The position numbers and the translations under genes were made by a program. Positions 47,620-55,978 of a DNA stretch of 57,957 nt are shown piece after piece; the first letter of the stretch is position 1, and every line of letters begins with the position of its first letter. Under the pieces are notes generated by a model that worked only from the letters and a program-made list of their open reading frames with translations, ran no database searches and was not told the DNA's origin. The DNA lies in assembly GCA_026993075.1 (NCBI GenBank), contig JALWUQ010000048.1:1-57957 (forward strand), given 5' to 3'. The stretch comes from Campylobacteraceae bacterium (GTDB lineage: Bacteria > Campylobacterota > Campylobacteria > Campylobacterales > JALSKU01).

Positions 47620-47642
47620 CAACCAACGGGGTCCGCTGGTTG
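47620..47642 (-). repeat. GC-rich hairpin in the fba-eno spacer
   Basis: Minus strand: CAACCAGCGG-acc-CCGTTGGTTG. This gives 10 pairs including one G-U, which is an A-C mismatch on the plus strand. No U-tract follows. Confidence 0.6.
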
Positions 47643-47661
47643 ATTTGCAACTTCTATCCAC

Positions 47662-48570
47662 TCACTTCTGACTTTTTACTATCTTTATAGCTTCTTTTAC
47701 TGTGGCATTTTTTACCGTTACTGCATATATGGCATTTGCCATTTTTATAGCTTCTTTTAGTTTTCTTTGGTGTATATTTCTTCCTGTTCCGTTGCCTCTG
47801 CTTTTTCCTGTGTGGATTTGCTCATACAACTCTTGCAAAAATGCTTTTTCATCTACTTTGTCACCACCTTCGCAAAGCACACCGGATCTTCCAGCAGCTG
47901 TTGTTACTTCTTTTAAGAGTTCCGGCTTAAACTTGCCGTTATCATAAGGAACTTTAAGTTTTATAAAATCAGCCCCCAAACATGCACCCACCCCGGCAGC
48001 TCCGGCTATAAGGTGAGCATCGTGTTCATCTTTTACATATTTTCCCTTAGGATATATCCACAATACTGCTAAGAGTCCGTTTTGATGAGCTTTATGTATG
48101 ATATTTGCTGCTTCATTGAACATATCTCTCTCAAATTCACTTCCAAGATAAACAGTATATCCGACTCCAAGTATTTGAAGTTTACTCTGCTTTTTAAATT
48201 CTACGACATCTTCTACACTTAACCACTCTTTAGAATAAGGATCTTTGTCATTATATGGTATCAAATTTGTTTTTGCATTTAGTTTAACAAGATAGGGAAT
48301 ATCTTTATAACTTCTGCCATATCTGCTGATAAGTCCAAATTGTGTTGCAAAAACACCGATATTTGCTTTAGAGGCGATTTTGAAAAGATGTTCAGGGTCG
48401 TTATCTTCTAAGGGGATATTTTTACCGTGAAAGTCATTGTTTAAGTGCTCAACCTTTTGATCTCCCGCAAAAAGCATAAGCCTTCCACTTCCTCCTGTTG
48501 CTTTTTTAAAATTTTTAAAAAACTCTTTCTCTTTTTTTGCCGGTATATCTGCCGGAAGGTAATTGTTCAT
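47662..48570 (-). CDS. Class I fructose-bisphosphate aldolase, DhnA/FbaB (archaeal-type) family
   Basis: 302 aa. GADFIKLKVP (Schiff-base Lys region) and GNGTGRNIHQ are present. It is not the class II Fba. Confidence 0.75.
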   Translation of the reverse strand: MNNYLPADIPAKKEKEFFKNFKKATGGSGRLMLFAGDQKVEHLNNDFHGKNIPLEDNDPEHLFKIASKANIGVFATQFGLISRYGRSYKDIPYLVKLNAKTNLIPYNDKDPYSKEWLSVEDVVEFKKQSKLQILGVGYTVYLGSEFERDMFNEAANIIHKAHQNGLLAVLWIYPKGKYVKDEHDAHLIAGAAGVGACLGADFIKLKVPYDNGKFKPELLKEVTTAAGRSGVLCEGGDKVDEKAFLQELYEQIHTGKSRGNGTGRNIHQRKLKEAIKMANAIYAVTVKNATVKEAIKIVKSQK

Positions 48571-48588
48571 TGTTTTCTCCTTATAATT

Positions 48589-48655
48589 GGGGTTAAAGCT
48601 TTACTTTTTCATCTGTTCACTTCGTGAACAAACAAAAAAGTCAAGCATTAACCCC
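48589..48655 (-). repeat. 67-nt imperfect palindrome / rod-like hairpin in the ppsA-fba spacer
   Basis: GGGGTTAAAGCTT-ta-CTTTTT-catc-TGTTCAC-ttc-GTGAACA-aaca-AAAAAG-tc-AAGCATTAACCCC. This gives 25 Watson-Crick pairs plus one mismatch (26 positions) in three helices with symmetric internal loops. On the minus strand it ends 6 nt before the fba AAGGAG. Confidence 0.7.
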
Positions 48656-48714
48656 GGCTGGTTGGGTTGGTTTACTAAATTCTCACCACTTTCTTCTTGC
48701 TTCTTGTGCTTCTC

Positions 48715-51117
48715 TCATCCGTCCATTTTTACTATATTTTTTATAGTTTTTAATACACTGTCAGGATTTAGACTTATAGAATCTATTCCTAATTTTACCA
48801 AAAATTCAGCAACTTCGGGATAATCTGATGGTGCTTGACCACAAATACCACTGTGTCTGCCGTTTCTTTGACATCCTTTTACGGCTAATTCTATCATTTT
48901 AAGGACTCCTGGGTCTCTTTCATCATAATCAAAAGCAACTATTTCACTATCTCTGTCAACTCCAAGAGTCAACTGTGTAAGGTCATTACTTCCTATGCTA
49001 AATCCGTCATATATTTTACTAAATTCATCTATTTGTATGACATTATTTGGTATTTCACACATTACATACACTTTTAAACCATTTTCGCCTTTTTTAAGTC
49101 CATATTTTTCCATAGTCTGTATAACTCTCTCACCCTCTTCAACTCTTCTGCAAAATGGTATCATCAATATAATATTATCCAAGCCTATCACTTCTCTAGC
49201 TCTTTTCATAGCTTTACACTCAAGGGCAAATCCATCTTCATAAGCAGGATTTGAATATCTTGCGGCTCCACGAAAACCTATCATCGGATTGTCTTCTTCA
49301 GGCTCAAAAAATTTACCTCCTAAGAGTGTTGCATATTCATTCGATTTAAAATCACTCATTCTGACAACACAAGGATTTGGATAAACTGATGACGCTATGG
49401 TTGCTATACCTTCACTAAGCGTTTTTACAAAAAATTCTTCCATATTTCCGTAAGCTTCACTTAATTCTTCAAGTTTTTTCCTTGTCGCATCATCAACCCT
49501 GTCAGGATGCCTTAATGCCATAGGATGAGCTTTTATATATTCATTAATAATAAATTCCATTCTTGCAAGACCTATACCGTCAACTGGCAAAGAAGCAAGA
49601 GAAAATGCTTGATCGGGATTGCCAAGGTTCATCATAATCTCAGTTTTTGTTTTTGGTAAATTGCCAAGGTCTGTTTTTTCTATCTCATATTTTAACTTGC
49701 CTTTATAGATATCACCATTTTCACCCTCAGAACAGCTGACTGTAACCATCTCGCCATTTTTTAATCTCTCAGTTGCATCTTCACATCCTACGACTGCTGG
49801 TATGCCAAGCTCCCTACTGACTATGGCTGCATGACAAGTTCTGCCACCTTTGTTGGTTATGATAGCTGAAGCTGTTTTCATGATAGGCTCCCAATCAGGT
49901 GTTGTAGTATCTGCTACCAAAACTTCGCCGGCTCTAAAATCACTCAAATTTTTAACATCATTTATAATATGCACTTTTCCTTGACCTATCTTTGTGCCCA
50001 CAGCCCTGCCTGTGACTAAAACTTCACCTTTTTCTCTTAAGTGATATATCTCTAAAATATCACCTTTTTTTTGAGACTGTACGGTTTCTGGTCTTGCTTG
50101 AACCATATAAAGGTGACCATCAAGCCCATCTTTAGCCCATTCCATATCCATAGGTTTTATATGCCCTACTTTTTTAGAGTAGTGATTCTCTACTTTTATG
50201 GCATAATCAGCTAAAACCATTACATCATTATCGCTTATACAAAATCTCTTCTCTTCTTTTTCGGTTGTTGGTATATTTTTTGTATATTCGACTGCTATAT
50301 TATCTGTGTTTAACACATCTGTAAATATCATTTTTAGTTTTTTGCTACCTAATCGTCTTTTTAAAACAGCTCTTTTTCCTTTCACAAAAGTAGGTTTATG
50401 CACATAAAAACTATCCGGATCTATTGTACCTTGTACAACATTTTCTCCAAGTCCCAAAGCAGCATTTATAAAAACAACATCTTCAAAACCTGTTTCAGTA
50501 TCAAGACTGAACATTACACCACTCGCTCCTTTGTCGCTTCTTACCATTTTCATGACAACAACACTAAGGTATACTTTAAAATAATCAAATTTATTATCAT
50601 ATTTGTAATGAATTGAGCGGTCTGTAAAGTTTGAAGCCAAACACCTTTTGTAAGCATCAAGTAACTCTTTTTCATTTTTTATATTTAAGTAAGTATCGTT
50701 TTGACCGGCAAAAGAAGCTTCAGGGGAATCCTCAGCGGTTGCAGAAGATCTAACAGCCATAGAGAGAGTATCACCGTATTCTTTTTTTAACTTTTCAAAG
50801 CCGTCAAATATGTTTTGTTTTAAATCATCAGGAAGTTCGCATTCCCAAATAATTTTACGACAATTTGCACCTCTTTCTTGAAGCTGCTTTAAGTTATTTG
50901 GATCCAAATCGTCTAATTGTTCGTGCAGTTTTTTCCAAGCATTATTATAATCAAGTATATATTTATATGCACTCGCAGTAACTGCGAAGCCATTTGGCAC
51001 TCTCACGCCTTCACTTATAAGATTTTGATACATTTCACCCAATGATGCATTTTTCCCGCCTACTTCGGCGACATCTTCTATACCTATTTCTTTAAACCAT
51101 TTGATATATTGACTCAT
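48715..51117 (-). CDS. ppsA: Phosphoenolpyruvate synthase
   Basis: About 800 aa with an ATP-grasp N-terminus and the phosphohistidine motif GGRTCHAAIVSRELGIP. ATG 51117 is preceded by AAAGGA. The ORF opens at TTG 51132. Confidence 0.95.
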   Translation of the reverse strand: MSQYIKWFKEIGIEDVAEVGGKNASLGEMYQNLISEGVRVPNGFAVTASAYKYILDYNNAWKKLHEQLDDLDPNNLKQLQERGANCRKIIWECELPDDLKQNIFDGFEKLKKEYGDTLSMAVRSSATAEDSPEASFAGQNDTYLNIKNEKELLDAYKRCLASNFTDRSIHYKYDNKFDYFKVYLSVVVMKMVRSDKGASGVMFSLDTETGFEDVVFINAALGLGENVVQGTIDPDSFYVHKPTFVKGKRAVLKRRLGSKKLKMIFTDVLNTDNIAVEYTKNIPTTEKEEKRFCISDNDVMVLADYAIKVENHYSKKVGHIKPMDMEWAKDGLDGHLYMVQARPETVQSQKKGDILEIYHLREKGEVLVTGRAVGTKIGQGKVHIINDVKNLSDFRAGEVLVADTTTPDWEPIMKTASAIITNKGGRTCHAAIVSRELGIPAVVGCEDATERLKNGEMVTVSCSEGENGDIYKGKLKYEIEKTDLGNLPKTKTEIMMNLGNPDQAFSLASLPVDGIGLARMEFIINEYIKAHPMALRHPDRVDDATRKKLEELSEAYGNMEEFFVKTLSEGIATIASSVYPNPCVVRMSDFKSNEYATLLGGKFFEPEEDNPMIGFRGAARYSNPAYEDGFALECKAMKRAREVIGLDNIILMIPFCRRVEEGERVIQTMEKYGLKKGENGLKVYVMCEIPNNVIQIDEFSKIYDGFSIGSNDLTQLTLGVDRDSEIVAFDYDERDPGVLKMIELAVKGCQRNGRHSGICGQAPSDYPEVAEFLVKLGIDSISLNPDSVLKTIKNIVKMDG

Positions 51118-51146
51118 CTTATATCCTTTCAATTTTCTTTAATGAA

Positions 51147-51152
51147 ATTATA
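51147..51152 (-). promoter_or_regulatory. Candidate -10 box (TATAAT) for the ppsA-led gene run
   Basis: Minus strand: tttgtaaTATAATttcattaaagaaaattgAAAGGAtataagATG. The -10 box lies about 30 nt upstream of the start. No -35 was evaluated. Confidence 0.3.
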
Positions 51153-51289
51153 TTACAAATTTTATTTACTTTTTGTTTGAAATTTAAAATTATTGTATCT
51201 TAATATTATTTTTATCATCTGTAAGCCAACTAACAGAATATAAACTAACTATTTTATACAATTACTTATCAAAAATGAGGAGGTATAAA

Positions 51290-51928
51290 ATGTCATATAA
51301 AAATGATATAAAAGAGAAAATACAAGATATACTTTCACATGATAAAGATATTGAAAAAGAGATTGAATATTTGATTAAAAATGATTATAGAAACATAGTA
51401 GAAGATTATAAAAAAACAGGACAGTCAATAGAGGGCATAACTTATGAAATGTTAGAAGTGATAGAAGAGTTACTGCACAATAATATGCAAACATATAAAG
51501 AGATTTTAAAAAATTCTTCTGCTTTTATGATAGAAACTGCAAAAGAAAGCGCAAAAGAAAATATAGATAAAAATCATCAATTAATAAGTCAAAAAGAGAA
51601 TGAATTTCATCAACAATTAAATGATATAAATGATTATATAGATAAATTAAATGACGATTTCAAAAAAAAGATGGATGTTTTACATCATCAACTTTACGAC
51701 AGCATTGAACATGAAAAGTTTCATATAGAAGAAATCCTGCATGGTATAAGTATATTTAGTAAAGATAAAAGTCATAAATTTTTTGAAGAAAACATTAAGA
51801 AATGCAAAGAAAGTATTGAATATATGGATAGTTTGTCAAAAACATACAAAGAGTCGATTTATCAAAAAACAAAGACAAAAACTGCTATCTTACTTTATAA
51901 GTTAGCAAACAGAATTAATCAGCTATAA
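51290..51928 (+). CDS. Hypothetical acidic, His-rich coiled-coil protein
   Basis: About 212 aa counted from ATG 51290 (AGGAGG 7 nt upstream). The ORF opens at 51275. I recognise no family. Confidence 0.6.
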   Translation: MSYKNDIKEKIQDILSHDKDIEKEIEYLIKNDYRNIVEDYKKTGQSIEGITYEMLEVIEELLHNNMQTYKEILKNSSAFMIETAKESAKENIDKNHQLISQKENEFHQQLNDINDYIDKLNDDFKKKMDVLHHQLYDSIEHEKFHIEEILHGISIFSKDKSHKFFEENIKKCKESIEYMDSLSKTYKESIYQKTKTKTAILLYKLANRINQL

Positions 51929-51975
51929 TAAGATTTATCACTATAAAACACAAAAAACATACCAGAGGAAAAAGC

Positions 51976-52692
51976 ATGCAAAATAACTCTTTCTCTCTTG
52001 AGAACTCTCTTAAAGTTTTACAAAAATCTTTTTTATTTGAAAAAATGGATAAAGAAGAAATAAAGCAAATAATCAAATCATCTACTTTGATCAGTTGGAA
52101 ACGAAATGAAACAATTGATAGTGATATAGGTGCAAAATACTTTCATATCATATTAAAAGGCAGGTTAAAAATCACTTGTATAAACCCTCAAAACGGTAGA
52201 AGTATATCTCTTTTTATTTTAAGTAGTGGAGATATTTTTGATATCGTTACTTTACTTGACGGTAAAGAACATATTGTTTTTCCTGTTGCGATGGATGATA
52301 TATTTGCTCTTCGTTTTCCTTTAAAAAAAGCGAGACAATTGCTAAAGGATTATCCTGATTTTAATGCTTCTTTCTTGCCATATCTTGGACAAACTGTGAG
52401 AGAATTAGAAGACTTTGGGGAATCTTTAGTTTTTAATGATACTTCAGTAAGACTTGCTAAGCTGATTTTAAAACATACATCACCAAAAGAGATACAAGAC
52501 CATCATCATGTCAAACTCATAAATAACCTCTCGCACGAATCTTTGGCAGAAATGATAGGCTCAGTTCGCTCAGTTGTAAGCACACAGATGGAAAAACTTA
52601 AAAAAGAAGGTATAATCTTAAGTAAAAGAGGATATCTTGCGGTAAAAAACTTGGAAAAATTGATTGAAAAATGTGATGATTTTAAGATATAA
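51976..52692 (+). CDS. Crp/Fnr family transcriptional regulator
   Basis: A cNMP-binding-type beta-barrel and a C-terminal HTH (SHESLAEMIGSVRSVVSTQMEKLKKEGII). There is no N-terminal Cys cluster, so it is not an FNR-type Fe-S sensor. Confidence 0.8.
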   Translation: MQNNSFSLENSLKVLQKSFLFEKMDKEEIKQIIKSSTLISWKRNETIDSDIGAKYFHIILKGRLKITCINPQNGRSISLFILSSGDIFDIVTLLDGKEHIVFPVAMDDIFALRFPLKKARQLLKDYPDFNASFLPYLGQTVRELEDFGESLVFNDTSVRLAKLILKHTSPKEIQDHHHVKLINNLSHESLAEMIGSVRSVVSTQMEKLKKEGIILSKRGYLAVKNLEKLIEKCDDFKI

Positions 52693-52713
52693 AATCATAC
52701 TCAAAGGATAATT

Positions 52714-54018
52714 TTGAATAAAAAAGTAGTAATTCAAGATGAAAAATTAGGTCTTAAAGAACTTATTGCCATGGGAGTTGGAGGCATGGTTGGAGGCGGG
52801 ATATTTTCAGTTCTTGGCTTATCTGCTGATTTGGCAGGACATGGAGCTTTTATAGCTTTTGGTCTTGGAGGAATCATTGCATTACTTACAGGTTGGTCTT
52901 ACTCTAAACTTGGTCTTTCTTATAAAAGCGAAGGTGGCAGTTTTACCTATCTTGAAAAAGCTTTTTCAAACCAAAATATTGCGGCACTTGGCGGATGGCT
53001 GTTGATAGTCGGATATATAGGAACTCTCTCTTTATATGCCTATACTTTTGGAGTATATGCAAAAGCTATGCTTGATGATGGTACTTACAGTATTGCTTTG
53101 CAACATCTCTTTGAATCAGGCATATTGCTTACTTTTTTAGGTGTCAATCTTTACGGAGTAAAAGCAGCCGGACACACAGAAGATATCATAGTTATAATAA
53201 AAGTTATCATTTTATCTTTATTTGCGGTAATCGGTCTTTTTTACATCAAGTCCAACCATGTATTGCCTATTTTTAGTAATGGCGAAATGGGGGTCTTGAT
53301 GGGTGCAGCGCTTATCTTCGTGGCTTATGAGGGGTTTGAGCTGATACCAAATGCTATAAATGAAACTAAAAATCCCAATAAAAATATCCCCCGTGCTATT
53401 ATGTACTCTATCATTATAACTATTTTTATATACATCTTGGTATCTTTAGTAGCCGTTGGAAATCTAACTCCACATGAAATTGTAAAATATAAAGAAGATG
53501 CTTTAGCTATAGCAGCCAAACCTTTTTTGGGAAATGCAGGCTTTTTACTCATATCACTTGGAGCTTTACTTTCAACCTCATCAGCAATCAATGCTACATT
53601 ATTTGGCACCGCAAGACTTGGTAAAGTTATGTCTGAGCAAAAAGCACTACCAAAACTGTTTTCCATGAGAGAAAGAACAAAAAATATCCCATGGGTTAGC
53701 CTTCTTCTTATAAGTATAATTACGATAATATTTGTAAATATAGGAGACTTAACCATAATATCTTCTTTTTCAAGTTCCAGTTTTTTATTGATTTTTGCAT
53801 CAATAAATCTTTCTGCTTTTAAGCTAAAAAAAGATATAAAAATCTCATATTTATTACCTCTTACAGGTTTAATATTGTGCATGATATCTTGGTTCACTTT
53901 GATATACTACCTATGGGAACACAATAAAAACAGTCTTTTAATGATAGGTTTATTTTATTTATCTATCATCATTTTAGAATTTATTTTTAGTAAAAGAAGA
54001 ATGTTGTCAATTAGTTAA
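52714..54018 (+). CDS. APC superfamily amino acid/polyamine permease (434 aa)
   Basis: 12-TM pattern with N-terminal GVGGMVGGGIFSVLG. Its length is typical of substrate/product antiporters (AdiC/PotE/CadB size class). The start codon is TTG. Confidence 0.75.
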   Translation: MNKKVVIQDEKLGLKELIAMGVGGMVGGGIFSVLGLSADLAGHGAFIAFGLGGIIALLTGWSYSKLGLSYKSEGGSFTYLEKAFSNQNIAALGGWLLIVGYIGTLSLYAYTFGVYAKAMLDDGTYSIALQHLFESGILLTFLGVNLYGVKAAGHTEDIIVIIKVIILSLFAVIGLFYIKSNHVLPIFSNGEMGVLMGAALIFVAYEGFELIPNAINETKNPNKNIPRAIMYSIIITIFIYILVSLVAVGNLTPHEIVKYKEDALAIAAKPFLGNAGFLLISLGALLSTSSAINATLFGTARLGKVMSEQKALPKLFSMRERTKNIPWVSLLLISIITIIFVNIGDLTIISSFSSSSFLLIFASINLSAFKLKKDIKISYLLPLTGLILCMISWFTLIYYLWEHNKNSLLMIGLFYLSIIILEFIFSKRRMLSIS

Positions 54019-54073
54019 CACAGTGTAATACAATTTTATGATAAAATTTCACTAAAATTATAAAGGGTCAAGA

Positions 54074-54634
54074 ATGTGGAATTATAAATTATTTCCAAAA
54101 GAAAAAGAGATATTGACTAAATTTGGCAAGTACTCAACAATTGCCGGTATTGTTTTGTCTCTTGTTGGAATTGGAGCTTTTTCATATCCTTTCTATGCAT
54201 CTGTTGTAACAGTTGCTTTTATAGCCTGGATTATGATATTTTCAGGATTTACAACTGGATACTTCACATTTATCAGTAACCGTGAAGACTGGCTTGGATG
54301 GCTTAAAACTATTATACTTATAGGTACTGGCTTAATGATTTTGTATTACCCTGTAACTGGCATTGAAGCAGTCGGTTTTCTTTTTGCAATTTATTTTTTC
54401 ATGGATGGTTTTGCCGGATTTGCTCTTGGATCTTCTATGTATCCCTCAAAAGGATGGTGGATTTGGCTACTTAATGCTTTTGTATCATTGGGGTTAGGTG
54501 TTATTTTTTTAATCTCCTGGACTTCCATACAGCAAGAATCATGGCTTATAGGCGTATATGTAGGGATAAGTTTATTTTTTGACGGATTAACTTTGCTTTT
54601 CATGGGCAATAATTTCAAAAAGTTTGATAAATGA
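54074..54634 (+). CDS. hdeD: HdeD family (DUF308 repeat) membrane protein
   Basis: 186 aa with six hydrophobic segments in the DUF308 repeat pattern. Size and topology resemble E. coli HdeD. Confidence 0.6.
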   Translation: MWNYKLFPKEKEILTKFGKYSTIAGIVLSLVGIGAFSYPFYASVVTVAFIAWIMIFSGFTTGYFTFISNREDWLGWLKTIILIGTGLMILYYPVTGIEAVGFLFAIYFFMDGFAGFALGSSMYPSKGWWIWLLNAFVSLGLGVIFLISWTSIQQESWLIGVYVGISLFFDGLTLLFMGNNFKKFDK

Positions 54635-55965
54635 CAACAGGAAACAAAATGGAAAATAAAAAAGCTTTTGGAATTATCAGTGCGGTTATGCTTGGAATTG
54701 GTTCGATGGTTGGAGCCGGTATATTTATAGTTATAGGACAAGCCGGCTCAATAGCAGGGAATATCGTATGGGTTTCTTTTATATTTGGAGGTATTGCGGC
54801 TTTGCTTAGCGGATATTCATTGGCAAAACTTGCTTTAGCTTATCCATCTCGTGGCGGAATAGTAGAATATTTGGTTCAAAGTTATGGAGAGGGTGTTTTT
54901 TCAGGTTCTGCTGGAGTTTTGTTTTATTTTTCAGGATTGGTTGCCATAGCCGCAGTTGCAAAATCTTTCGGAGTATACGCGGCAACTTTTATGCAAGGAG
55001 GAGACGCATTTTGGATAAATATATATGCTGTTGGAATTGTAATTGTTTTTACTACCATAAATCTTGTTGGTGCTAGCATAGTTGCAAAGTCTGAAAATAT
55101 CATAGTTATTATAAAACTTACTATATTGATAGTTTTTACTGTAGCAGCTCTTTTTAATGTTAGTCCAAAACTCTTAAGTATTTCTAATATGCCGCCTATG
55201 AAAGATATGTTTTTTGCCATTGGTTTGACATTTTTTGCGTATCAAGGTTTTAGTGTTATTACAAATACGGTAGAAGATATGAAAAATCCTAAAAAAACAA
55301 TGATGTATTCTATGACTATCGCTATTATATTTGTGGCGATTTTATACATATTAACAAGTTTGGCAGTTCTTGGTAATTTGCCGCTTGCTGAAGTTGTAAA
55401 AGCAAAAGATTATGCACTCGCTCAAGCAGCAGAGCCTATATTTGGACATTTTGGATTTAAAATAATGGCTGTAACTGCTCTTTTGGCAACTGCTTCAGCC
55501 ATAAATGCTACCTTGTACGCAACAACTGAGATAGGCTACACTATGGCAAAGAACGGTGATTTGCCTAAAATTTATGATTATAATATATTTCACTCTTTTG
55601 AAGGTATAATTGTAAGTACTGTGTTTATTATTCCTATGATTATATTTTTCAGCTTAACCCAAATAACTATAATAGCAACACTTGCTGTACTAATCATTCA
55701 AGGCATCACTCACATAGGTCATCTCTTTCGTATAAAACAAACAGGGGCAAATATTTATATGGTTTTACTATCAATCTTTTTCATATTTAGTATAGTAGGG
55801 CTCACATTATATTATACTTACCAACATACTCCTATGATAGGATTTTATTTGATAATATCATTTGCAATAGCATTTGGAGTTGAGATAGCATTAAGACTTA
55901 TAACACACAGAACCATAAGTAAACAAATATTAAAACTTGAAAAAGAAATATTTCGTGCAGACTAA
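54631..55965 (+). CDS. APC superfamily amino acid/polyamine permease (444 aa), paralog of 52714-54018
   Basis: GIGSMVGAGIFIVIG and a 12-TM pattern. The ATG overlaps the hdeD-like stop (ATGA). Confidence 0.75.
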   Translation: MTTGNKMENKKAFGIISAVMLGIGSMVGAGIFIVIGQAGSIAGNIVWVSFIFGGIAALLSGYSLAKLALAYPSRGGIVEYLVQSYGEGVFSGSAGVLFYFSGLVAIAAVAKSFGVYAATFMQGGDAFWINIYAVGIVIVFTTINLVGASIVAKSENIIVIIKLTILIVFTVAALFNVSPKLLSISNMPPMKDMFFAIGLTFFAYQGFSVITNTVEDMKNPKKTMMYSMTIAIIFVAILYILTSLAVLGNLPLAEVVKAKDYALAQAAEPIFGHFGFKIMAVTALLATASAINATLYATTEIGYTMAKNGDLPKIYDYNIFHSFEGIIVSTVFIIPMIIFFSLTQITIIATLAVLIIQGITHIGHLFRIKQTGANIYMVLLSIFFIFSIVGLTLYYTYQHTPMIGFYLIISFAIAFGVEIALRLITHRTISKQILKLEKEIFRAD

Positions 55966-55978
55966 TTTCAGAAAAAAC

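Noticed and set aside
51118-51132. The upstream TTG start of ppsA, and similar ORF-track extensions at 5618 cydA, 14408 gatC, 46319 glgP, 51275, 55937 ClC and 11461 coaX.
   Set aside because: In each case an internal ATG/GTG has a better Shine-Dalgarno sequence and/or yields the family-typical N-terminus. The longest-ORF starts are artefacts of ORF calling.
51133-51289. A search for a Crp/Fnr-type palindrome in the ppsA / hypothetical-gene divergent control region.
   Set aside because: By eye I found no TTGAT-N4-ATCAA or TGTGA-N6-TCACA match better than a single half-site. A proper matrix scan is needed before claiming anything.
53325-53897. A long antisense ORF (190 aa) inside the APC permease gene. 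Similar ORFs occur at 37266-37808, 17997-18512, 12715-13221, 15022-15480 and 56263-56706.
   Set aside because: These are shadow ORFs opposite well-supported genes. They have low-complexity, Ser/Ile/Leu/Phe-rich translations and no start context, and nothing suggests real overlapping genes.
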